From assembly GCF_009914755.1 (NCBI RefSeq), contig NC_060928.1: a DNA stretch of 64,000 nt; one strand, given 5' to 3'. This DNA is from the human T2T-CHM13v2.0 reference genome, Homo sapiens. The notes below the pieces were generated by a model, which saw nothing but the letters and a program-made list of their open reading frames with translations, was not told where the DNA came from and ran no database searches. Shown piece after piece: positions 12,509-28,200 of the stretch; within the stretch, counting starts at the first letter, position 1, and every line of letters begins with the position of its first letter. The translations under genes and the position numbers were made by a program.

Positions 12509-13514
12509 CTATAATTTTTGCAAGAGAAAAAACTTTATATTTGCAACAGATAGGCAATCCTTACATTTTAATATTTCATATTTTGTTGATCTAATTCATA
12601 ACACTAGTATTTGATATGTGGCCATTACCTATTCATCTTAAACGGGTTTAGGAACAGGATATGACTGGGAAGGCACTATATAGGAAAAAAAGAACAGAGG
12701 AGGAGCTGGCATTGCCAGGTGATAGGAAGAAACTAACTAAATATATGATATAAAATTTGTCTAAGATAAACTTTTAGTCACCTCTCCACCATTTTGTAGT
12801 GAATAGCCATTGATTGCTCATTCATGACTGTTTTCCATTCAAAGCTGCCCAGATAATGCTTTGGGAAGGTGGGAGTGATGTAAATTGTACAAAATGGAGA
12901 GAATAGAAAATGTGATGATGAGTAAGAGAATTGAATAATTAGCATTTACTAGGACTAGCAAAAGGTAAACTGTGGCTGTACGTATAAACATGTATTTTCT
13001 AGAACTCATAGTGTAAAATTTTACTCTTTTAAATTATTGAACTATACAATAGTTAAATCATTGCCTACATAATAAATTGTGCTTATATCTACGACTAAAG
13101 ACATAATTTACGATAATGCAACTTTAGAAAAATAATGTTATAAAATAACTGCCTACGCATGTTATTAAAATGTAATTATAACATTTACATAAATAAAAAC
13201 TCAATGATTCAGACTTGTTAATCTGGCATGCTTCAGGATCAAAAAGGATAAAAATAAACCATGAATTTAAAACCCAGCAAAGAATTCCGTGAATGTTTTT
13301 ATTGTTAGCTAAAAAACTGAAAGTTTTAGCTCTAAGAAAAATTATTATTGAAAAATACATGTTTAAAAATATACTAATTCAACTGGGCTTAAAAAATTCA
13401 ACTGGGTTTTACTGTAACCATAATCAATCCATGAAATATGTATGTTCCTGGGCAGATACAAAGATGAAAAATAAAACAAAACATCCTATCTATAGCCTCC
13501 TATATAGACTTCGA

Positions 13515-14170
13515 CAATAATTTATTGAGCGCTCACTATATGCAAAGCACTATTTTAGGCACTAGAAGAGCATCAAAAAAAAAAGTCATACAAAGTACCT
13601 ATTGTCATAGTCATAGTGCTTAGGATCTAATGAGATAATTCATACAACACCACAACCAGCACCACTACCACCAGCAATTATGATAGTGCCACCCTGGAAA
13701 ATAACACAGAGTAAGCTGATAGAGTAATGAGGGTGGGGCTGAGAATGCTGCTGTTTTACACAGTGTTATCAGTGCAGGCTTCTTTGATTTGAACAGGGCC
13801 CTGAATAAGGTGAGGATCACCAACTAATCAGATACATGGGAGAACGTTTCCAAAAGAACAGTCTGTATAGGGGCTGTGATATGGAACCATGTCTGGAATG
13901 TCAGAGGAATAGCAAAGGCCAGGGTATCTGAAATGAAGGAAGCCAGGCCAAGAGTGAGCTGAGATCAGAAATGTTATAGGAAGAGGTTAAACAGGGCCAT
14001 TGGGCCATGGCAAGAACTTCGCATTTCATTCTGACAGAGACAGGAAGCCACTGGAGAATTCTGGGTGGAAGACTGACATGATTTCAATTTAGGTTTTTAA
14101 AAGATCAATCTGCTATGGGAGAATGGACCGCAAGGAGCTAAAGGTGGAGCAGGGAAACCTGCTGGGAAAG
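13515..14170. mobile_element. Old L2 LINE fragment
   Basis: L2-like signatures: tttattgagcgctcactatatgc, gaagccactggagaatt, gacatgatt. Confidence 0.6.
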
Positions 14171-14379
14171 TGCTATGCTATTTCTCGTTTCTGGGCTTTC
14201 ACACTTGGAATTGGTTTCCTCTGCCTAGAAGATTCATACTCTTCTCCTCCTGACCCCCGCCTCACCCCGGCAACCCCTCCTAATTCTCACCAAATCTAAC
14301 TCATCAGCCCCACTCAGAACACAATGTAGAGTTGGCTGATCATCATAATAGGTTACTATACCAGTAACACTTACTTACA

Positions 14380-14550
14380 GTATTTAGTGGGTTGTAATGC
14401 TAGTTGTTCATATACCCACCAGTGCTAGCCACAGACTATAAGCTATGTGAAGGCAGAGACCATGCATATTTTATTCATCAATATATTCCTGCTGCTTAGA
14501 ATAGTGCCTGGCATACAATAAGTATTCAATAAATGTTTGCTGAATAGAAT
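14380..14550. mobile_element. L2 3'-end fragment
   Basis: agaatagtgcctggcatacaataagtattcaataaatgtttgctgaat is a typical L2 3' terminus. Confidence 0.6.
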
Positions 14551-17500
14551 TTCAAAGAACTGGAAAAATTCAGTGTGGCTAGAGGTTAGAGTCCACAGAT
14601 TAGAAGGGTAAAAGGGGGAGACTGAAGAAGCAAAGTACCTGGCACAGAGTATCTCGAAAAATTATTAAATACAGTTTATTGCCCCAGTTTACCCATCCAG
14701 CTTAATTTTAAGCTTAGTCTCCAACTCATCTCAAACCTCACGTCTCATTTATCTATGTAACTACTTGAATTCCCTCAAACGTGCTATGCAGTGTTATGCC
14801 TCTCAAACTGCAGTACATTGTTCCCTCTGCCTAGAATGCTCTACTTATTCAACTTGTCAAACTTCTACTCATCAAACTTCTACTTATCCTTAAAGACTCA
14901 GATCCCCTGCCCAGGCAGAAGATGCTTATTTTGTCTTCCTGCGTGGACAGCATCCTATAATACTTATGAAACTATCATGCAATTATTGATTTATAAATCT
15001 TTTTCTCCCATGAGACTGAATCCCTCAGGGTTCAGGATCTTGACTTATTCATTTGTATTACTAAACATTGGTAGAGTGCTAAAACCTACTAAAAGGAGAA
15101 AGAAATGTTTCCTCTGTTCTGTCATCTCATTTCTCTTTTTTGGCAATTAAAATTTTACTACTTTAAGAACTTATAAGAAAGGATAACTGCCAAACTCATA
15201 TTCAAGTTTATAACTTTATTCACTCATTTTGATTTTGCTCATTTTATGTACAGTTTATGGCATATAAAACACATTCCCCTAAGTCTGTTACTCTTAGTCT
15301 CAGAATGAAGTAATGAAATTTCCCCCATTCTAAGCTCTCTTAGACTTGATATGCTCCACTTAAAATTATTTCATAAAATAGAAATTATGGAAGGAGGTAC
15401 AGGAACCCCTTTCTCTCCTTTACAGATACTATAAAAACTAGGCTGCAGCTCTCTACTTGGGGCAATAAAGGTTTCTTTTCTTTTTTTGGACTACTCACAC
15501 ACGAAGCACCAACTATAGCGCATTTTAATCTGAATGAGCTACATATAAGCTCTACTCCATCTTTCAGAAACCTATGCAAATAGGCTTATACTTCTGATTC
15601 TTTCTCTTTAGGAAGTCTAAACAATGACCCTATTGAGAAATGCTTTTATCTCTTCTTCATAGCCCTTTCTCCACATCTAGGCTATGTTAAAAGTTTTATT
15701 CTAAAAGGATTTGACAAATAAAGTAATATATTATGGTATCTAGTGAAAATGAAAAATGTACTCCATATTTCTGTCACATTGCATTAAAATTCTTTTATCA
15801 ATTAATGTCTACATAGTAAACACAAAATACATAAATATGTAATAGTTGCAATACCATTAAGAATTTTAGATCAATTTTAGTTATCTATGGAAAATCTCAC
15901 TTTTTGTTAGCAGTATTAACCATCTATACTATTTTGCTGATAGCATGATTCCCTTTTCTTCATAAAGCCTGTAGTTCAAGGGCTGGAAAAGTCAAAAGAA
16001 GATACTCCTAGGATTGTCTGAATTAGAAAAACAAAAACAATGAGACAGCCAGCTTGGGAAGGATAGAGAAAGCCCAGGAATGGTGGGGGTGGGGGAAGGA
16101 TATTTTCTTTTTCCTCATAATTTACATTTATCTGAATGGTGATTACATCACTCTTTCACAATGGAGATATAACTAGATTTTGTGTGTACATCATTCCAAA
16201 GTACTAAAATTAACTCTAAATATATGATAAAAATCTGTTTAAAATCAACTCTTGGTAACCTCTCCCACCATTTTGTAGTGAATAATGTAGATAAAATTAA
16301 GCGCCCAGCATGCTATTACAAGATAATACAAACTAAGTAAGGTGGAGGGGGAGGTAATTAATTCAATTTTACTAGTATATTCTCTGCAGTCTATCTTATT
16401 ACACTGTAATTTATTCCCCATTTATTTACTGTTGGTATTCAGGTTGTTTTAGTTTTTCACTGTTACAATGCTGAAATGAATATCCTTCTAAATTTTTCTT
16501 GTGTTCATGTACAATAATTCTCTAAGATAAACTATCAGAAGTGCTGAACAATAGATATTACCAAATTTATTTCCCACATCCTTGATAACACTTGGTGTTG
16601 CTGTGATTTTTAATTTTTGGTGAATAAGTAAACTTCAGGATTAAGTGAAAAAGACAGTGTATTTATTATGCCATTTATGTGAATATTTAAAGCACACAAA
16701 ACTATTTTGTTTACAGATACATAAATAGGTGGTATCATTGGTTGCTTCCAAGGGTAAACAAAAAGATCTAAAAGGATCTTAACTGTATTTCTAGAAATAC
16801 TTTAGTTCCTTAAGAGAAGACAAATCAGAGGTAAATATGAACAAGTAACACGTTTATTAATTCTGGTTAACAAGTACAGGATTATTACATTGTATTTTTC
16901 TGTATATTCAAAATTTTTACTAACATTTAATAAATACAAAATTGTTTTCATTTACTGGTTGGAGACGGGTCATTTAACACTATAATTTAATTATTTCTGA
17001 CCAAACGCTATTGTAAAATGTACAGAATTAAAGATAAGCCAATCTAATCTTTGAACAAGGTCAGGTAATTGTCTATATAACACTACCGGAATTCAATTTA
17101 AAAATAAACTGACGTTTCAAAAATTGAAGTCATGGCCACATTGGGCAATTTCTTGAATACTGACACTTTATTGGGTTTTTAGTTAAAATTCAGATTTCAA
17201 TTTTTCATTTATAAACTGTTTTCTTTCCTGTATTGTCATGCAAATTTCTGATACAGGATCTATTCAAAAAGGACAACTGGAACCTTCATAATATAGAATT
17301 GTTTTCCACCCCTCCAAGGAAATCATTCTGTTTCATCTCTTATCTGGCCTTTTGCTATTCTCCTCTCTAGGAAATTCTTATGGTTTTGTTAATTATATTC
17401 GACTGATTGCTAGAAAATATTAGTAACTTACATTAAACCTAATGTGTTTAAAACTCTATTTTTCTATAGTGTACTTAAAGTGTGCGAAGCATTTGCTACA

Positions 17501-17604
17501 AACATTACATGTCTTAACTCATCCAGTTCTCACAACAACCGGATGGCATAAATAGGTTTATTAATGTGCAAATTTTGATAATAAAACTGAAAATGAAAGA
17601 GAAA

Positions 17605-17715
17605 TCAACTACTTGAGAGGCTGAGACGGAAGAATTACCTGAGCCCAGAGTTTAAGTCCAGACTGGGCAACATAGTAAGACTCCTGTCTCTTAAAAAACA
17701 CAAAAACAAAAAACG
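17605..17715 (+). mobile_element. Alu monomer (FLAM-like) fragment
   Basis: gaggctgag...gagcccagagtttaagtccagactgggcaacatagtaagac followed by an A-rich tail. Confidence 0.75.
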
Positions 17716-17950
17716 ATGTAGCCATATGTCTTCAAAAATCTTAAAAATGTTTACACTCTTCTAGGTATCTATTTTAAGAAAATAATATTTAACATAAAAA
17801 AGGTTCTATATAAAAAGATATACCGTAGATTGTACAATTTTTTAAAAACACTAAATATTTAAAAAATGGTTACATAAATTATGGTCCCTTCACTTGTTTG
17901 AGAATTAGATTTAACACTGCCAGTAAGGCATTAATAAAGCATGAAAAAAC

Positions 17951-18092
17951 TGCAAATGCTACTGTAACGTTTTTAAAAGGTATGATATAAAAATCTGATA
18001 TACAGATGATGTAAACATGTAAATGCAAATGCTACTATAACATTTTTAAAAGGTACGATATAAAATTTGATATACAGATGATGTAAATATGT
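17951..18092. repeat. Tandem duplication with a 73-bp period (2 copies)
   Basis: tgcaaatgctact...gatatacagatgatgtaaa starts at both 17951 and 18024, with a few differences. Confidence 0.9.
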
Positions 18093-18499
18093 TTTGCATG
18101 TAAAACAAGAACCCCCAAATAAAATGAAATATAGAATAAACTGTGGAAGTAAATATACAAAAATGGGAACAATGGTGATCTTTGGTTGATAAAGCGTCGA
18201 GCAGTTAAAATATGTGATTGTGTGCATGCACATACCTAGGTATGTATGTGCCTACATATACACTTACACATACTTTTCTGCCTTTCCCAAGTTTCCATAA
18301 TAAAAAAAATCCGTAAACTTAATTAGCAAAAAAATCAACAAAGTGTAAAAGCATTCCCTGGGTTTATCCAAATTTCGATTTTAAAAATTTGAAGTCTTAT
18401 GCTCACTGCAAATAAAATTGTTTTGATTGTTACTGTTTAACTATGGCGTTTCAGTCATGGGAGAAATAACACAAGAGTAGCACATTATTCCAGCCTTAG

Positions 18500-18856
<357 letters not shown>

Positions 18857-20121
18857 TCAAATAGTTTTTTAACTGGAAGGTTATTTTCTTCCCGATGTGT
18901 TTTGTTTTGTATATATATAGCTGAAATACTACAGAATTCATTAATCTACTATTTATTCACGATGAGATGATATAAATCAAAGTAAAGTGCTTATAGTGAA
19001 TTTAAGATGTAAACATTTATAATAGCAAATTTAGGAAAATGCTATAGGTGAAATTAAAATAAGGCTTCAACATTTCCACCAAATGCCACTTTAGACTTAT
19101 TGTAATTCTTTTTTCTTTCTTCAGTTATTCCTGCAAGTACTGAATTAAATCATGGCTTCAAAAGGTTTCAAGTCAGTACCTATGAAAAACATTTTAAAGA
19201 ACATGTTCTCTTTTATCCTCTATATTACATTACCTTATTCTGTAAAAAGTTTTAGCCAAATATATTATTTAAAACATGGTTTGTATACTTATTGCAACAT
19301 CATAGTGGAAGACTTTAGATTTTTTTAACCATGCATTTGAGACTCCTTGTTATGCTCCTCCAAAAATGATTACTTTTAAAAAACCTTTTATAAATGTTTT
19401 ACATAAAAGTACAATCTAACTATACAGTTTAATGAATTTTCATGAACTCAACCTTCCTGTATAAAAACTACACCTACTTACCAGTGTCAACCCTGATGCT
19501 CCCCCACCTCAGTATCTTCTTCTGGTCACCACCTTGCCCCTACCCCTACTACCATAACTTTCAACAGCATTATACATTCTTTTAGATCCAGCAATTTCAC
19601 TTCTAGGAATTTGTCCTGAAGTAAAAATTAAGATTGAGTTTAAAACCTTAGCTCAAGAATGTTTATTTATATATACAAGACACACAATATGTGATCCTTC
19701 CATACTATTGAGCTAAGTAAATGAATTTAAGTATTAAAATGATTCTGCAGAAAAATACTTAGTAACATAAGGATGTCAAAAATATAAATTATGCAAACAG
19801 TTTACAGAGGATATATATCTCATGTGGTAGGTCAGTGGGGCTGAGCACTGCGAGTGTGTTTTGTGCACAGGTAGATATTCTTCAGAAAATGGTTTGGAAG
19901 GACTGAACACAGGAGCACCTGCAGATAGCTCTGGGTGGAAGAATACAGGAAAATTGTTATTTTCTTCATTTTCTTATTTGTTTTCTAGTTTTGCTACAGT
20001 AGGTAAAGCTATCTTCTAATGCATAATTTGCATTGAAATTTCTTGAGTCCAAAATGTGTTTTTACAGCTGGTATCTTCAACTAGAATCAAATAATGTCTC
20101 TGTGTTACATTTGATTCTTAG

Positions 20122-20458
<337 letters not shown>

Positions 20459-20464
20459 TAGGGC

Positions 20465-20616
20465 AGCACTTTCCCCAATTTATGATGGGGCTATGTCTTG
20501 ATAAACCCACTGTAAATAAAAAAATATAGTAAGTCAAAAATGCATTTATATCCCAATACACCCATTGTAATGTTGAAAAACTGTAAGTTGAACCATCTTA
20601 AGTTGATGACCATCTG
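20465..20616. mobile_element. TcMar-Tigger-type MITE fragment
   Basis: ttatgatggggctatgtcttgataaacccactgtaa...aagttgaaccatcttaag resembles Tigger5/MER47-type ends. Confidence 0.5.
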
Positions 20617-20699
20617 CACTATTTTCCTGTGGTATCATTTACTTTGCTTCAAAAAATTTCTTGTATAATAATTCTGATAAACTTGGAATTGGCAATAAA

Positions 20700-21168
20700 G
20701 CAAGTAACTCAAACTTGGATTTCACAATTCCTTTTTACTCTTAAAAATTATTGCAGACCTTTTATGTGGGCTGTATCTACTGATATTTACCATAACAGAA
20801 ATTAAATAAAAGGATTTTAAAAGTATTTATAATTGATAACAATAACAACGCTAAAAATGTTAATGTTCATAAAAACACTTATGAAAAACGTTTTCAAGAT
20901 GAGTAAAAAGAATTATATTTTAAAAACAGTTTTGTAGATCTCTTTAATGTCCAGCTTAATAGAAAACAGCTGAATTCTCACATCTGCTTCTGCATTGATT
21001 GTGTTGAGATATCACACATCATGTAGCTTCTGGGCGACTTTACTATACACACTTGTGAGAGAATGAGAGTAAAAAGAACAAATAACATATTACTAATTTT
21101 AACCTGGTATATCTCCTGAAAGGGTTTCAGGGATTCTCAGGGCTTCCTGACTATGCTTGAGAACCAGC
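20700..21168. mobile_element. hAT-Charlie (Charlie1-like) fragment
   Basis: ttttactcttaaaaattattg...tatctactgatatttacc...ttgagaaccagc. Confidence 0.55.
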
Positions 21169-21389
21169 GGTCTAATAATTGTTTAGATCCGTGTTCAACA
21201 TTTTTGGTAAGAATACTTCACAGGTGAAGTGACATATCACGAGGTACATAAAGTCTATTTTCAATGATGCTCAAGTGATCAGTGTGTTCTGATGGTGACA
21301 GTCTGACCCCTCTGTTGTAAAGTTCTCAAAATAATCTTTCCTCTGATATTTATCTTTATATATATATGTTTATATATATAATATATATA

Positions 21390-23705
<2,316 letters not shown>

Positions 23706-26164
23706 TTAGTCTTTATCTTCTGATTCTGTTGTTTGATTCAATTATCTTATTGGGGTGGAAAAACAGTAATATTTTAAGTCTATTATGCCTTCCATATTTA
23801 TTAGCCAACATTCTTCAAGAATTTTCTTTAAATGATTTGGTTGTCCTGAAACACAATTTGTATAGAAAAAGCAAAATAAATACTTAACACTTTCCTTTAA
23901 TTGTTAATTTTCACAGTAAAGAACTGGTGTGGTGTGTACCTCCAATAGAGACTACTAACTCTGGGGGACACTTTCAGTTTCTGGTTCTCATAAATGAGTA
24001 CATTTTAAAACATTCAATATTTTTCATTCCACCGAAATTGTTCTTCTACTGATGATCAAATATTTTCATACTTGACCACCTGGGAACCTTTAACATTGAC
24101 TCCTGTATTCTTTTAACAAATTCGTCTTTGGGCTTCCTTGCCTGCTAGCACAAGATGTTCCAGGCTCATCTTGTACATTTCCTAGTCCAAACCTGAAGTC
24201 CAAAGAGGCCTGCTTCCTTTCAAAGGGAAATAATGTTTAGAGACCACACTCCAGGTTTAGGTTCAATGCCACTGAGTTTTCGTTGCTTATAGGCTATTTC
24301 AGTGATCAGATGAGGAAATGTGTATTTTTGAAAATAATTCATGGTTTGCACTGCGTTTCCAATCCACATGTAATATAAGGTTTTTTACTTGATGTTGCTT
24401 GTTTTTTCTCTTACACTGAAAATACTGGTTTCATAATGATGTTAACATGATTACATATTTGGTTTGTTCTACAGACTCAAAAAATAATGACAACATTATT
24501 ACTAGTATTACTAAAAAAAAGGTTTAAGGGTTCCTTAAAGTATTTTTTTGCCCTTGGAATATATTCTATTGCCCTTGGAATGTATTTCACTAAGAATGTA
24601 TAGTCAAAATGCTGGGTAAAATCACTTGATATAATTCTTTTCTCAATGTTATGTTACTAACATTATGTTACTAATTTGACCCAGCCAGGTTTATTTGTTA
24701 TATTCTACTTCAAGTTTTTGGGATTGCTCTACTTTAAAAAAATGTTTATCCTTTGGAATATACAGAATATTTACATAAAACTCAATAACAAGATCTGTTG
24801 AGAGCACTTCCATTCCTGTCTCATCTGCCTCATTTACTTCATCCCCTTCTTGGTAACCACATTCATTGTCGTTAGTTTTTGGCTTATCTTCCCTGCTTTT
24901 CTACACAAAAGAGAGCATGTAATATATGTATTTCTGCAACTTGCTTTTTATTACCTCACAAGAAAACCTGGAAATTCACTATCAAGAGATCATTCTCACC
25001 GTTTTTTTTTTTTTTTTTTGATGTTTGCCTTCCATTGTGTGGATATAAATAATTTAACTAACCAGGGCACTACTGATGGATATTTGGATTATTTCCAATG
25101 TCCTGCTATTACAATTAATGTCCCAGTGAATCACCCTGAATGCATATCATTCCATATTTGTGCAGGTGTAATTAAAGGCTTGATTCCCTGAAATGGGATT
25201 GCTAGGTCAAAGGACAAACGCTTATAAAATGTAAGATACTGTCAATGCCTCCATAAGGACTGCACCAGTTTGTATTTCCACAGTAATGCATGAAAATGTC
25301 TGTTGCTTAACAGCTTTGACAAACAGGGTATATAGCTAAACTTGAATTCTTATCAGTGTGACAGGTGTGAATCACATGAGTATGGTTTAGAGTATTTTCC
25401 TATGTTTAAGGGCTTTTAAAATTTCTTCTATGAACTGACAGTATAATTATGCTCATTTTTCTATCAGGCTGTTCATATTTTACATTTCAATTTTTTGAAA
25501 CTCTTAATAGATTAGAATCATTCATTTTTTATTTTATAAGGTGCAAACATTTTTTCACAGACTGCCACTGTCTTTTGATTTTTCTAATACTGCTTTCTTC
25601 TGTGTCATGAAGAAGTTTCTTTTGTTTATACATTGAAATTTGGAATTTATCATTTTCTTATTGTTAAGGGGATACTCTAGCTAAGACAGAAATGATGAAC
25701 AGGGGGCAAGCCAAAAAAAAACAAGAATATGTGAAGGCAGAGTAACCCAGGCAAAGGGATCAGCAGCCCTGAAGTACAGTGGGCTTGGCAAGTGTCAGAC
25801 ATAGACAGTGTGACTTACACCTAGGCGAAGAAGAGAAGGAAACGGAACAAGTCCAGAGTGGTAGGCAGGAACAAAATCTTGGCAGAACCTAGTAAGTCAT
25901 TAAAAGAAATGTAAATTTTGTTCTTAATGTAACAGAAAACCAAGAGGAAGATTAAATACAAACTATCAGCTTTATTACAACTGGGCATAAGAACCCAATT
26001 TTGGCATATTGATAACTTCAAGGTTATAAAGTAGGTACGAAAGTTATCTCTTTGGGGAGAGAATACTTGGAGAAATTACAAGGGAAAAGAAAAAAACAAG
26101 AATTGACACTTGGAAACCCACAGGGTTGGTGATCAACTTTATATCATATGAGTACTTAACATGA

Positions 26165-26382
26165 ACTGCTTCATGCACAAAATTATTTAAAATATTATAT
26201 AAAATTACTTTCAGACTGCTTGTATAAGGTGTATATGAAACAAATGAATTTTCTGTTTAGCCTTGGGCCCCATCCACAAGATATCTTACTATGTACATGC
26301 AAATATTCCAAAATAAGATAAAAATCCAAAATCTGAAACACTTCTGGTCCCAAGCATTTCAGATAAAGAATACTTAACCCAT
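26165..26382 (-). mobile_element. Tigger4/MER46 (Zombi)-like DNA transposon fragment
   Basis: aaatctgaaacacttctggtcccaagcatttcagataaagaatacttaacc matches the reverse complement of the Tigger4 terminus as recalled. Confidence 0.7.
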
Positions 26383-26949
26383 ATAACAAATTTTTGTAAA
26401 AAATTGAATGGCAACAGAGGACACTAATTTCTTTTTTCTTTTTCTTTTTGCTTTATATACCTAATAATTAAGTTAGTCAAGTGACATTTTAGATAGCATT
26501 TATGGAACTTCTGAATTTAAAAAGTGCACTTTTTAAAAAAATGACATTCTTTACAAAACAGAAAAAAGAAAAATCCAGCTTATATATACTGTAACAATTT
26601 TATTTCTTCACATTCTATAATCTCACCTTATTAAAAAAGCTTTGAACAATCTCTTGATTTTCACCTGAGACAATTTTCATACAGTTCCTCAAATATATCT
26701 GATATATTCCTGCCCTGAGTTTTGATATTGTGTATTTATATTTGATATTTCTTCTGACTTAAATGCCCTGACCTTAGATCTTCATATGGAGGACTTCCTC
26801 TCATTATTCAAGTCTCAGCTCAAACTCACTTCTTTATGGAGGTCTTCCTCAACGATCTTATCTAAAATAACCTCTCAGTCACTTTTGATATCTTGCTTAG
26901 TGATTCTTTTGTAAAATTATGGGCATGCTGACAGGCATATTTGGAAAAA

Positions 26950-28200
26950 GTAACAATTAACTTCTGGAAATGAAAAGTATAATGACAAATTAGAAACTCA
27001 AGACACAGGTTAAATCATGATTAACATAGCTTGAAAGAGAATTAGTAAATTGGGAAATATTTCTGAATAAACTAATCATGATATTACACAGAAACAAAGA
27101 GATGGAAAATGTGAAAAGGAAGAGGTAGGGAGGATAAAATAAGAAGATCCAAAATATGTCTAAATGGATTTTGACAGGAAATAAAAGTGAGAGTAAAAAT
27201 ATATTTGAACAGATAATGGCTGAAAAATGTCCACAATTGATGAGATTTCTCCTTAGTTTTAGGAAACATATAACTCTTAAGTAGAATAAAGAAAGGAAAT
27301 CTGCTTCCCCTGTCACCTCATCAAACTGCTTGTGACCCATGCTGCCTTGGTTGGATTGTGACCCGTGCTGCCTTGTTGGATTGCCGGAATGTAGACAGAA
27401 ATGTATTGTTCTTTTTTTTAAAAAAAATGTAATTGCTACTTGGTAAGGACAGAACATTATTCTAGTTTCATGTTTAATCTGAATTAAATATATTCTGTGG
27501 CTTATATGAAGAAAAAAAAAAGAAATCTGCTTCCAAACATATCCAAGACAACCTGCAGAATACCATAAACAAAACAGGGAGAGAAAGAGTGAGAGAGAGC
27601 CCAAAAGTAGAGTGTGTAAAGTTACCTATAAGGAAAAGACTATTCGTTGGCAGTCACAACAATCATACCAAACAGATAATTATGTACCTAGAGAAAACGT
27701 CTTTTAAGAATGAAAGTGAAAAAGAAAATGAAATAAAAAAAAAAACAACAAAATCCTGAGAGTTTACTACCAATAAACCCTTATTTAAGGAATGTCTGAT
27801 CCCAGAAGAACATGTGAAATATAAGAAGAAATGATAAGCAAAAGAGATGATAATCATGTATGTAATTCTCAACAAAAATTGATGATATAAAACAAATGGT
27901 TGTGTTTAAGTTGTGATGTCACAAGAAGGGAAACACAGCACACAAGGGAAACACAGCACTCAATATAGCTGTAAGTGTCAGGGCAGGTGACTCTAAATTT
28001 TTTATATTAACTATACCTTTAAAACCTTCTAAGGTAACTACAAACTTAATAGCAGTAGAGTATATAACTTCAAAGTAAGCAAAGAAAGAAAAGTGAGGAA
28101 ACCCAATCCAAAAGAAAATAAGGAGGAAAAAAAAGCATAACAAGACCAAATAAACAGCAGATAAGATGGTTGAAACAAATAATTACAAGGGTAACAAATG
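26950..28200 (+). mobile_element. Old L1 ORF1 region, interrupted by a retrocopy
   Basis: atatttgaacagataatggctgaaaa (IFEQIMAE-like); A-rich; degenerate ORF1 motifs continue across the insert. Confidence 0.7.
27309..27521 (+). pseudogene. 5'-truncated retrocopy of an mRNA 3' end (parent gene unidentified)
   Basis: ATTAAA at 27483-27488, A-rich tail at 27509-27521, exact 13-bp TSD gaaatctgcttcc at 27296-27308 and 27522-27534. Confidence 0.75.

Noticed and set aside
26990-27604. 204-aa hydrophobic ORF resembling a membrane protein
   Set aside because: It is an antisense reading of A-rich L1 sequence plus the retrocopy insert, so the Phe/Leu richness is compositional.
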